From positions 1-58,581 of IMG/VR virus record IMGVR_UViG_3300025096_001538: 58,581 nt of DNA; one strand, 5' to 3'. Both the position numbers and the translations under genes were made by a program. The DNA comes from a virus. Lineage: Duplodnaviria; Caudoviricetes. The notes beneath the pieces were generated by a model, which saw only the letters and a program-made list of their open reading frames with translations, was not told where the DNA came from and did not search any database. Positions within the stretch are counted from its first letter, which is position 1; each line of letters opens with the position of its first letter. Below, piece by piece: positions 1 to 8,957 of this stretch.

Positions 1-381
1 TGCACCTTTTCTTAAAGATTTATTTTTTACTTTTTTCTTTTTAATTGGTTTCTTCTTTTTCTTTTTAGGTTTTACACCAACACCAGCTGCAGCTCCACCA
101 CCACTATTAGGTGCAGCAGTGACACTTTTCCTCTTTATTGCGGCTGCTAATTTACCTGCATCTGGAAAATATCGTTTTTTATTCTTGTTAGTATAACCCA
201 TAAATACACCAGGTTTATCTTCTCTCAAATTACCAATAAACTTATTCATGGCATTCTCTTTCCAACCAAACTTTATTAATGATTCTCTTAAAAACTGAAG
301 GTGTGTTGAATTTGTGAAATCTGGGGCACCACCTTTACATTTATGAGAAAAGTCTTTTAATATTTTATCCCAATTCTTCAT
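1..381 (-). CDS. Hypothetical protein, N-terminal part (runs off the window)
   Basis: Not in the ORF track. ATG at 381 overlaps the polymerase stop (ATGA). My translation MKNWDKILKDFSHKCKGGAPDFTNSTHLQFLRESL...NLRE-DKPG...KKKKPIKKKK stays open to base 1. Confidence 0.8.
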   Translation of the reverse strand, partial: MKNWDKILKDFSHKCKGGAPDFTNSTHLQFLRESLIKFGWKENAMNKFIGNLREDKPGVFMGYTNKNKKRYFPDAGKLAAAIKRKSVTAAPNSGGGAAAGVGVKPKKKKKKPIKKKKVKNKSLRKGA

Positions 382-1649
382 AACTTCTCCGTTATATCTT
401 CCATTTCATGATAGTTGTTCCCCTTACCTGTTTTAGTAGGAAATAACCCGTTACTCTCAATAATCTTTTTTGTTTCTTTCAAAAAATCAACTCCATCGTT
501 TAAGTTAAAGTCAAATAAAAATGAATCATAACTATACAAAATTAACCGACTCTTGTATGATTCTAAAAAAGGAATTAAGTTACTTAACATCTTCATATTG
601 TTTTCTGTCTCCATCAATTGTATGATATAGTTAAATAGCTTATTCCTATTCATATCAGATAAATTCTTTCTATATATCTTCTTACTATAAATATTAGAAG
701 TTATAAAATCCCCTTGTTTATATTCACTCCAAATTTTATTTATATAATCGTGAACTTTTCCGAAAAATGGATTGATTTGTATGACTTCTTGTGGAATATG
801 ACCATATAAGTACTGAAAAGACCGATTTTTAGACTCTTGGTAATCACATCCGTAAAATTCTCCCATATGTTCGTGAACTGAACCATCTGGAAATTTATAA
901 TCAACTACTTCTCCTATTAATCGTAAGTGATATGCATCATAGTCAAACTCTACCAATAAACCACTATCAAACCTACTACGAAATGGTTTTCTACTACCAT
1001 CTGTCTTGTTCAGAGCTGCAAAATTGATACCACCGAACCTGTTACTTGGTCTACCTGTACTGGTATAGGGATTATATTCACTAAAAACTATACTTTCTTT
1101 GGTATTTAACCCAGCAGTTTCTAAGTAAGTCAAATTATCAATTATATCATCATTATATTCTTGATGAACTGGTAAATCAATATGTTTCTGAAATTCATTG
1201 GATAACTTTCTACACAATTCCAAATGTTTCAATATAGGAACTACACAATTTACTCCATTCATTTTATAATACTTTCTATTAAAATAATCGTGGGTATTTG
1301 TCGTTATATCTTCAATGTATAATGGTTCATTGTATTCCATATAATGTTGAAGATTTATATCTATAATATTTTTCCATTTAACAATGTGATTAAATTGTTT
1401 TTTATTATATACATACTTTTTATGGTCTGAATCTAACCTATCAAAATATGATTTATCAAGATTCATTGATTCACTATGTCTAAACGGCAAAAGATATTCT
1501 TCACCATCTAATATTTTCACATATAGAAGGCACAAATCATTTTCTATTGGATGTTTATTTACATCACATAAGATTGGAATTAAAATACAACTTGAATCTT
1601 GATATTTTTCTAAAAAACTCTCAAACTCAAGTTTCGTTTCTATTATCAC
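378..1649 (-). CDS. Compact, divergent family A DNA polymerase
   Basis: Pol A motifs: TSTGRPS, motif A-like VEFDYDAYHLRLI, motif B-like ESKNRSFQYLYG, NYIIQ, motif C-like LYSYDSFLFD. Confidence 0.85.
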   Translation of the reverse strand: MIIETKLEFESFLEKYQDSSCILIPILCDVNKHPIENDLCLLYVKILDGEEYLLPFRHSESMNLDKSYFDRLDSDHKKYVYNKKQFNHIVKWKNIIDINLQHYMEYNEPLYIEDITTNTHDYFNRKYYKMNGVNCVVPILKHLELCRKLSNEFQKHIDLPVHQEYNDDIIDNLTYLETAGLNTKESIVFSEYNPYTSTGRPSNRFGGINFAALNKTDGSRKPFRSRFDSGLLVEFDYDAYHLRLIGEVVDYKFPDGSVHEHMGEFYGCDYQESKNRSFQYLYGHIPQEVIQINPFFGKVHDYINKIWSEYKQGDFITSNIYSKKIYRKNLSDMNRNKLFNYIIQLMETENNMKMLSNLIPFLESYKSRLILYSYDSFLFDFNLNDGVDFLKETKKIIESNGLFPTKTGKGNNYHEMEDITEKL

Positions 1650-2538
1650 TATAACCTATTTTATGTTTTACATAAGTAACTATTTTTTCTGCAATATTTG
1701 TTTTACAGAACTTATCCATTCCCTCAAATCCAGGTGATGAATTTACCTCACATATTCTATATCCACCATTATCAAATAACAAATCAACTCCTGCTATATC
1801 CAAGTTAAGTAGTCTTGAAGATTCTCCACCTAACCATTGTATATCATCATCAATCTGATATGGAATACCTTCCCCACCCCGTGTAATGTTTGCTCTGAAA
1901 TCGTCATCTACTGCCTGTCTCATCATACAACCAGCTACTTTACCATTGACTACCAATACCCTTAAATCTTTACCATAACTATCTTTAATAAACTCTTGAA
2001 TAATAATATTATAACTTGGTTTAGTTATTTCTGCCATTTTTAAGAGTTGTTGTAATTGTTTTCTGTTTTCACATAAGAATACACCCGCACCAAATGAACC
2101 ACTTAGAGTTTTAATGATTGCTGGATATCCTATATTCTTTTCTACAAAATCTATATCAATAGGATGTTTAACCAATAGAGTCTTTGGTACTGGTAAACTT
2201 GATTGTCCTAAAACTTGTTGTGTATATAACTTGTCTTTAACTGTATCGATGGAATTACTTCCATTAATAAGTATCACTCCCAACCTCTCTAAATGACGAA
2301 TAATAGCTTTAATAAAGTAAGTTGTTCCACTACCCGTTCTTGGTATCACAAAATCGGGCAAAGGTCTTGATTTACCAGCAACTAATATAGATTTTCTATC
2401 GTCTCTATCGACAAAAATATCTACATCTTGTGGATTGACTACACGAATTTTAAGTCCTTGTTTCTCAAATTCTTCTATAAGTTTTTGAGTTTCATAAGAT
2501 TCTTCTACTTTATTTTTATATAATATCCATCCGTTCAT
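1627..2538 (-). CDS. RimK-family ATP-grasp ligase
   Basis: VIPRTG, KDKL, PVPKT, GYPAIIKTLSGSFGAGV, IIQEFI, DLRVLVV, FRANITRGG, GVDLL, CEVNSSPG match RimK/LysX family signatures. Confidence 0.9.
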   Translation of the reverse strand: MNGWILYKNKVEESYETQKLIEEFEKQGLKIRVVNPQDVDIFVDRDDRKSILVAGKSRPLPDFVIPRTGSGTTYFIKAIIRHLERLGVILINGSNSIDTVKDKLYTQQVLGQSSLPVPKTLLVKHPIDIDFVEKNIGYPAIIKTLSGSFGAGVFLCENRKQLQQLLKMAEITKPSYNIIIQEFIKDSYGKDLRVLVVNGKVAGCMMRQAVDDDFRANITRGGEGIPYQIDDDIQWLGGESSRLLNLDIAGVDLLFDNGGYRICEVNSSPGFEGMDKFCKTNIAEKIVTYVKHKIGYSDNRNET

Positions 2539-3161
2539 TTCAACAATATCCCCTTTTCGTGTCCTACTATAATACTTGTATCAACATAAGATTCAAATCC
2601 TGATTCTTTTGCTCTTAACTGAAAACTAACATCTTCTCCATGAAATCCAAGTCCTTCTATAATTGGTCCAAACCAAGGATACTCTATCTTTTCAAAAACA
2701 CCCTTTTTAATTAACATCCAACCCATACCATTTGACCAAACTTTTATCAACTCACCATTAACCTCGTTAGTATACAACCCTTCCCCATTTTCATTAAAAC
2801 ATGCATATTGTATAGGTATATCATTTAATGTATCCCCTTTTGGCTTTCTTAAATATAATCCAGAAACTATATCTTTGTCATGTTCTAATAACTTAAAGAA
2901 ATTATCTGGTTCAAATACTTGGTCTGAATCAATCCACATGATATAATCATATTCTTTTTTACCTTGCCAGGGGGCCTGATATAAACCAAAATTTCTATCT
3001 GCACCTAACAATAATGACCTAACTTTATAAACATTAGGAATATATTGACTTAAAAGTTCATATTCAATATCTCTTTTATGTAACTCTTTGGTAAGATTAG
3101 TCCAACACTTCAAAAACCTATTTGAAAAACTGTTTCCTGGAACACAAAATATTATTTTCAT
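2535..3161 (-). CDS. GT-A fold (GT2-like) glycosyltransferase
   Basis: DYIMWIDSDQVF (DxD), DKDIVSGLY, GMGWMLIKKGVFE, GEDVSF, VGHEK. Start placed at ATG 3161 (ATGA overlap with thyX stop). Confidence 0.75.
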   Translation of the reverse strand: MKIIFCVPGNSFSNRFLKCWTNLTKELHKRDIEYELLSQYIPNVYKVRSLLLGADRNFGLYQAPWQGKKEYDYIMWIDSDQVFEPDNFFKLLEHDKDIVSGLYLRKPKGDTLNDIPIQYACFNENGEGLYTNEVNGELIKVWSNGMGWMLIKKGVFEKIEYPWFGPIIEGLGFHGEDVSFQLRAKESGFESYVDTSIIVGHEKGILLK

Positions 3162-3859
3162 TTCCAGTATACTTCTTCCCATAGTTTAGTAGTTTCTGGA
3201 AATACATCTAACATAATCTTTTTCATTGCTTTTGCATATTCTTGTATCTCTACTTGTGATGTTGGTTCGTCTCTAAGTTCTATAAAATTCATAATAGACT
3301 GAAAGGATGCTGTCCACCATACTTTTGTGTATTGTGAAAGTGGTAAGATAACTCTTGCCTGTTCTTTAGCTACACCATAATGTGTTACCAATCTTTCATA
3401 CATATTTTTTGTTGTATTTAAAGCAGTATTATAAGCGTGAATTGCTCTACTATTTTGTTCATCACCTAATTCACCATCTGAAGCTTGTTTATTATCTTTA
3501 GATTGTTTTCTCCAAACTGATGGTTCATAGTATTCTTCTACTTCTACATAACGACCACTTATTTCATTCCAAGCATGGTCTTTTGTAGAACTATTGGATG
3601 TAGTCTCAATCCCAACTACATGCTTATACCATTGTCTCATTACGAACTCTGGTGCCTTGATAATCATCATGACATGCTGGTGTCTGAATGGACTGAAATG
3701 TTTGTGTTTGATTAGGAACTTAGATAATCGTCTGTCTTTATCTTCGAATGTTTTACTACGACCACCGAATGATACTCTTGCTGCATTAACTGGTGTCAAG
3801 TCATCACCGAGAGTGTCTACAACCTCAATGTAACCTTTATCTAATACATCTATTTTCAT
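3158..3859 (-). CDS. thyX: FAD-dependent thymidylate synthase
   Basis: NAARVSF, HFSPF, RQWYKH, WNEISGRY, KEQARVILP, NFIELR, QVEIQEYA. Confidence 0.95.
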   Translation of the reverse strand: MKIDVLDKGYIEVVDTLGDDLTPVNAARVSFGGRSKTFEDKDRRLSKFLIKHKHFSPFRHQHVMMIIKAPEFVMRQWYKHVVGIETTSNSSTKDHAWNEISGRYVEVEEYYEPSVWRKQSKDNKQASDGELGDEQNSRAIHAYNTALNTTKNMYERLVTHYGVAKEQARVILPLSQYTKVWWTASFQSIMNFIELRDEPTSQVEIQEYAKAMKKIMLDVFPETTKLWEEVYWK

Positions 3860-3910
3860 ATTACTATAACCTTTATTTATATATATTAAATTAAATTGTC
3901 AAAATGTCAA

Positions 3911-4693
3911 TTAATATCCTGAACTTCCTCTTATATTATCAGTTACTATAGAAACACCCGTATTTGTTGTTATTGTCTTTCCTCTACTCAATGATTTATT
4001 ATATTCTTCATGAGTTGATCCTGGCATCCAATTACCATTTGGCATCTGATGGGCCCCACTCAATCCCATTGAAGTTGCAACTGATAAAGCTCTTTCTTTC
4101 GAAGTGTACGAATGTGGATTGTGTAATAATCGTTCAAGTTTTTTTCTTGTAGTGGATTCTGGATTTTCTTTTTCTTGATAAAACTCAAGTAGATTTATAA
4201 GATGATTTCTAATACCTGGTAACTTTTTTTCTGTAAGTAATACAGACACTAAATTTGACGTTGTTACTTTCTTTGGTGTTCCAGTAATATTCCATCTTAA
4301 ACTAGCCACTTGATATAATTTTGGATCTTTCTCATAAGATGATGGACTTATTTCAAATATAGTACCTTCACCATCTAACAAATATCTTGCAAAAAATCTA
4401 ATTATAAACCCACTTTTTTTCTCTTTCTTTCCGATAATTGGTTTATGTGGATTAAGATAAACTTCTCGGCCCTCACCTGATATTCTTGAATATTGATGAA
4501 ACATAGTATCATTTTTTACTGGAATAAGTTTTCTACCTTTTCTATCTACAAAAACTTCTTGTTTATCTTTAGTATATATAATTTTATATAACGACCCGTT
4601 AGGAAATGGATAATAATCAGAATAAACAAATTGATTCTTTTCAGCATGTTTATATTCAGTTTGTCGTTCTATGTTATTTACTTGTATTCCCAT
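3911..4693 (-). CDS. Hypothetical protein at end of baseplate cluster
   Basis: 260-aa ORF in operon context; short C-terminal GAHQMPNGNWMPGSTH motif. Confidence 0.7.
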   Translation of the reverse strand: MGIQVNNIERQTEYKHAEKNQFVYSDYYPFPNGSLYKIIYTKDKQEVFVDRKGRKLIPVKNDTMFHQYSRISGEGREVYLNPHKPIIGKKEKKSGFIIRFFARYLLDGEGTIFEISPSSYEKDPKLYQVASLRWNITGTPKKVTTSNLVSVLLTEKKLPGIRNHLINLLEFYQEKENPESTTRKKLERLLHNPHSYTSKERALSVATSMGLSGAHQMPNGNWMPGSTHEEYNKSLSRGKTITTNTGVSIVTDNIRGSSGY

Positions 4694-4697
4694 TTAT

Positions 4698-6443
4698 CTA
4701 CCCTCCAGTCGGTATACTAATTGTAGTTCCAGAAGAACCTGGAGCCGTAACATTATCATAAATATTTATCATTAATGCATCAATATTCGAACCTGCTGGT
4801 AAACTGGACATAATACTATTACTAATACCAGGCATCATTTGAGTAAATTGTTCTGCAGATACACCATTTTCAGAAATTCCTATCTTAATTAGAGAACCAT
4901 CTGCAGATGTATCCATCTGAAAAGCAATATCCCCCTTACTCATCCCCTCAATATCCATTGGTTTATGTTTCACTTGTGCAGTCAAAGTTTCATTATATAC
5001 TGGGTCTGTCATTGCCTCGTCTTTCCATAATAATTGTCCATCTACCATGGCCTGTCCACCCGTACCTATAGCAATATTTGCAATTGAAACTGATGGATTA
5101 ATTACTGGTGTTTGTGCTGTTGTCGTATCTGTACCTTCACCAGGTTCTGGTATTTCCTTTAAAGTACCACTCTCTTGACCTTCCGTTAAAGCTTTATTAT
5201 ATGCATCTTCGGCTATTTTTTTCTCTAACATAGCTGCCATAATTCTTAAATCTTCTTCTGATTTTTGGTCAAGAGCCTTATTTACCTTATCTAATGCCGC
5301 TTCTTCATTTGCCCGTGGATTCCGTTTGGTTATTTCTTCCTTTTCTTCTGACTTTAATTTTCCCATTGATGCTCTTATTTGACTATTTAATGTAGTTGAC
5401 CATCCAGAAGAATCTATTTTATGACTAACTCCTTTTACTTGAAAACATGCCCTATCTCTATATCCTCCTGGAATATATGAACTCTGAAATGCATTGCCTG
5501 GGAAAATTGCCGAAGTACCATCTATTTCAAGTTCTAATTCTATTGGTATTATAGGATCGTGAACAGCAGATAATCCCTCGTTTCCCTTTAACTCTTTAAC
5601 TATATATTTTTTATATGGTGACTTCATTATTATATCGTGTGTCTTATTCCAAGGACTTCCATCTGCAACATCATTAGATTCAACTCGTTCATTAATACCA
5701 TCAAACAACAAGTAAAATTTTATTAAACTATTCTTTTTATATACTTGATATTTACTTTGAAATTCTGGTAAACTGAAATCTGCTCCCCAGACAACTCCAT
5801 TAAATACTTTGCGATGAAAATTATCAAGTTTCATTGCTTTCAGTTCTTCATCAGTTGTTGTTATATCCTCTTCTCCAACCTCCCTATTTGCCTTTTTATA
5901 CTTATCATATTCTTTTTTCATCAACTCATCTAAAATAGACTCATATATAATAGTTCCATCTTGACTGCCTGCCTTTCCACCATATATCAAAGGTTGATTA
6001 ATATCTGCATCTGCACGACCAAAAGGTAGATTATTTTTATATGGATAATCAACTTGTCCACCCAAAACAGATTTCCTTAACTTTACTCTGGCCTCTTCTG
6101 CTGTCAACCCTTCCTCTGTCAAATCTTTATTTCCTAATATTCTACTCCATGCTAAACCAGCTTTTTCATCTTCATTTAAGGTTTCAGTTTCATCACCATC
6201 AGTCATATTCTGTGCACCATACATAGCTACAAGTTGCATCCTATCTGGTAACCTTGCCTCCATATTCTGAGATTTTACCATAGAACTTTTTTGCCAAGTA
6301 GGAAATTCAAAAAGTCCATCTAATTTTTCTTCTTTATCTTTCTCATCCAAAGCATCTGGATCTTTTTGATGACTTTTATTATTTAATTTCTCTAAAACTG
6401 GATCCAAGACCCATCCATTATCTTTTATCTGTACTGTGTTCAT
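4698..6443 (-). CDS. Putative baseplate hub protein, C-terminal part (continues 6440..8647 across a frameshift)
   Basis: LELEIDGTSAIFPGNAF...FQVKGVSHKIDSSGWSTTL resembles the C-terminal barrel of gp27/gpD-type hubs. Its start sequence MNTVQI also ends the upstream ORF. Confidence 0.65.
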   Translation of the reverse strand: MNTVQIKDNGWVLDPVLEKLNNKSHQKDPDALDEKDKEEKLDGLFEFPTWQKSSMVKSQNMEARLPDRMQLVAMYGAQNMTDGDETETLNEDEKAGLAWSRILGNKDLTEEGLTAEEARVKLRKSVLGGQVDYPYKNNLPFGRADADINQPLIYGGKAGSQDGTIIYESILDELMKKEYDKYKKANREVGEEDITTTDEELKAMKLDNFHRKVFNGVVWGADFSLPEFQSKYQVYKKNSLIKFYLLFDGINERVESNDVADGSPWNKTHDIIMKSPYKKYIVKELKGNEGLSAVHDPIIPIELELEIDGTSAIFPGNAFQSSYIPGGYRDRACFQVKGVSHKIDSSGWSTTLNSQIRASMGKLKSEEKEEITKRNPRANEEAALDKVNKALDQKSEEDLRIMAAMLEKKIAEDAYNKALTEGQESGTLKEIPEPGEGTDTTTAQTPVINPSVSIANIAIGTGGQAMVDGQLLWKDEAMTDPVYNETLTAQVKHKPMDIEGMSKGDIAFQMDTSADGSLIKIGISENGVSAEQFTQMMPGISNSIMSSLPAGSNIDALMINIYDNVTAPGSSGTTISIPTGG

Positions 6444-6487
6444 ATCATCTGTCCAATCTGTACTGTGTTCATATCATCTGTCCAATC
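6427..6487. repeat. Perfect 29-bp tandem duplication causing a frameshift
   Basis: ATCTGTACTGTGTTCATATCATCTGTCCA at 6427-6455 and 6456-6484, followed by ATC. Confidence 0.97.
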
Positions 6488-8647
6488 AATACCAAAATTA
6501 TAAATCCCACCATATTCGTCTGAAAATCCATCCCATACATTTAGAATTGCCTGTTGTACAGAACTTGCGTTAGCCATTTTTTCTTTTAAATATCTTGCGT
6601 TAAAATATACATTTCTTAAAATACCACTATTTGGATCTTCGGGATCATCAAAATTATGTATCATACCTTCTATTGGTTTAAATGGCATTAAAGGTGATAT
6701 TGAAAATTTCTTACCATTCTCATCAAGCTCAAATGGTCTTGAATTAATATTATTTAATCCCACCATACCATATCCTTCTATCGGTGCTCTCCATCTACCA
6801 TCAAGTTCAGTCCATTTATTTGGATCTGCCCAAGACTCATTCATTGTCATGTATGAAAAATCACTTTCGTTCTTCAAAAGTAAAAACTTAGAAAAATCTG
6901 TTGTAATTAATTTCTCATGATTTCTAATTTTTATAGGATGTACTTCTTCTTCACCCGTTTCTTCATTTACTATCCGTTCAATAGATCTAAATTGTCCCAA
7001 AACTATATTCATTTCTACTTTACTAAAAAACCGAGAAAGAACATTGTCCTCGAACCAACCCCAAGTAACATACATCTCATCGTGTTCATAAGTTTTCCAT
7101 GTGCCAGGATTAAATTTAGCTGTTTGCCAACCATCTCCACCCCAATCAATTCCCACTTCTTCATTTGCGGCCATAGTACCAAACGTAAACCAACTCATAA
7201 ATCTAAGAATATGACCACCTTGCATAATATTTTCATTATGTAAGATATTATACCACAACTGATTTGGTAAATCATCCATATACATATCAAATGTTAAAAA
7301 TGGTGAATACGCTGCTACTGTTCCTTGTGTTGAATTATACATCATATTAAAACGGGTTCCACCTTTGAACAGGGTCTTACCATCTGTATTCTTATCTATC
7401 TCTGTTGTTGCTGTCTTATTTTCAAAAGCACCCACTCCTGGAAAAGATGAACCACCCATGTGCAAAGGACTATTTTTATCTTCAAATGGTGATGTTTCAA
7501 TCTCCTTAGAAACATCATCTGCCACAACTGGTAATAATGTTACATGATTTACTTCACCTGTTCCAAAACTTGCAACACCTTCTTCTTCTTCGGTTAAGTA
7601 TTGATAAAAATCAATTCCAAGAGAAACACCTGCCCCAACCCAAACAGCTGGTGATAGCCATTGGAGTGGATCTACTTGAGTAATGGCCTCTTCCTCTGTC
7701 ATTACATTACCACTACTCAGTAATCCACCGAACTCTCCCGTTAGCATATTCTGTATCGCGCCCATTTTTTCTGTTACTTTCTCAACTGATGAGCCTCTCA
7801 TATCCTTGAACATACCACCAATAGTTTGTAAACTTGGATTTGAAGATTTCTTCACATCTTGTTCTAATACACTTATTCCTGGTGCAACCAAACTTGTTAC
7901 ACAATCAAATCCACCATCTTCTCTAACCGACCAGGAAAAATCTTTAACTATCCCAATCAATGCATCATAATTTCCATTCTGATTTACTACATGATTTGGC
8001 AATTCTTTTAATAAATCTCTACCAGGTTGTAATTTTATTAATTGTGTTTCTCCATCATCATTTACTTCTAATATAGGAAACAATTCAATATTTTGTAAAT
8101 CACCAACACCTGACCATCCCCAATCTATAAATATAGTTTCACCATGATGTAAAAAATGTTTTGTTAATCTATCTAATTCTTCCCAACTCCAACAAGTCCA
8201 GTTAACTTCTGCTGCTCTTGTTGCTCCCATAGTCCTTCCACCACCCTTAAATTCGATATTTACATCTTTAACTCCAGGGAGCGGTCTATATTTTTGTTCG
8301 TGTCCACTTATTGGAGTACCTACATATTTAGCCCCTCTATCAGATATCGTATCATATATAGTTCTTGTGGCATTGGGACCTTCTTGGAATTGAAAATTTT
8401 CTGCCAAATTACCAAACGAATCCAATTCTCCACCCATTAAAACTACCGGCTTTTCGTCTGCCGTAGTACTTAGTGAAATCATCCTCATAAATACAGACCT
8501 TGAAAACATATAATTCTTTTTTATATCTCCACTTTCATCAGTAAGTGTTTCTCCTGCACTAACAACTTTATCATTCTTTTCAAGCATATTCATCTTATCA
8601 AAAAGAGTTTTTTGTGTAGATTCTGGTATATTACTAAAAGTAATCAT
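6440..8647 (-). CDS. Putative baseplate hub protein, N-terminal part
   Basis: Follows the LysM/gpX-like gene; RPLPGVKDVNI, AEVNWTCWS, IFIDWGWS, GNYDALIGIVKDFSW, GGFDCVT. Ends in the duplicated segment. Confidence 0.6.
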   Translation of the reverse strand: MITFSNIPESTQKTLFDKMNMLEKNDKVVSAGETLTDESGDIKKNYMFSRSVFMRMISLSTTADEKPVVLMGGELDSFGNLAENFQFQEGPNATRTIYDTISDRGAKYVGTPISGHEQKYRPLPGVKDVNIEFKGGGRTMGATRAAEVNWTCWSWEELDRLTKHFLHHGETIFIDWGWSGVGDLQNIELFPILEVNDDGETQLIKLQPGRDLLKELPNHVVNQNGNYDALIGIVKDFSWSVREDGGFDCVTSLVAPGISVLEQDVKKSSNPSLQTIGGMFKDMRGSSVEKVTEKMGAIQNMLTGEFGGLLSSGNVMTEEEAITQVDPLQWLSPAVWVGAGVSLGIDFYQYLTEEEEGVASFGTGEVNHVTLLPVVADDVSKEIETSPFEDKNSPLHMGGSSFPGVGAFENKTATTEIDKNTDGKTLFKGGTRFNMMYNSTQGTVAAYSPFLTFDMYMDDLPNQLWYNILHNENIMQGGHILRFMSWFTFGTMAANEEVGIDWGGDGWQTAKFNPGTWKTYEHDEMYVTWGWFEDNVLSRFFSKVEMNIVLGQFRSIERIVNEETGEEEVHPIKIRNHEKLITTDFSKFLLLKNESDFSYMTMNESWADPNKWTELDGRWRAPIEGYGMVGLNNINSRPFELDENGKKFSISPLMPFKPIEGMIHNFDDPEDPNSGILRNVYFNARYLKEKMANASSVQQAILNVWDGFSDEYGGIYNFGIDWTDDMNTVQIGQMI

Positions 8648-8947
8648 TTAATATGAACTTTCCTTTAACTTAGCCAGAATAGGTTGTATTTCTGTAGGAA
8701 TCCTAATTTGTTTGTCTGATTCGAGTCCGATATGTGCCGCATCTAAATTATTTGCCTTTGCTATAATCCACCATAAAGATACATCACCATAGTATTTGTA
8801 TGCAAGATTATCTAATCTATCCCCGTATTTTGGGTACATAAAAACATCACTATCACGGATGGGGATTTTAGGATACAAGGTTGGTTTAAAAACCCTTTTT
8901 CCTTCTCTATTTTTTCTTATTACAGTATGTTTATATCTACTTGACAT
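8648..8947 (-). CDS. LysM-like baseplate wedge protein (T4 gp53 / P2 gpX-like)
   Basis: GDRLDNLAYKYYGDVSLWWIIAKAN...QIRIP. Confidence 0.85.
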   Translation of the reverse strand: MSSRYKHTVIRKNREGKRVFKPTLYPKIPIRDSDVFMYPKYGDRLDNLAYKYYGDVSLWWIIAKANNLDAAHIGLESDKQIRIPTEIQPILAKLKESSY

Positions 8948-8957
8948 AATTTATTCC

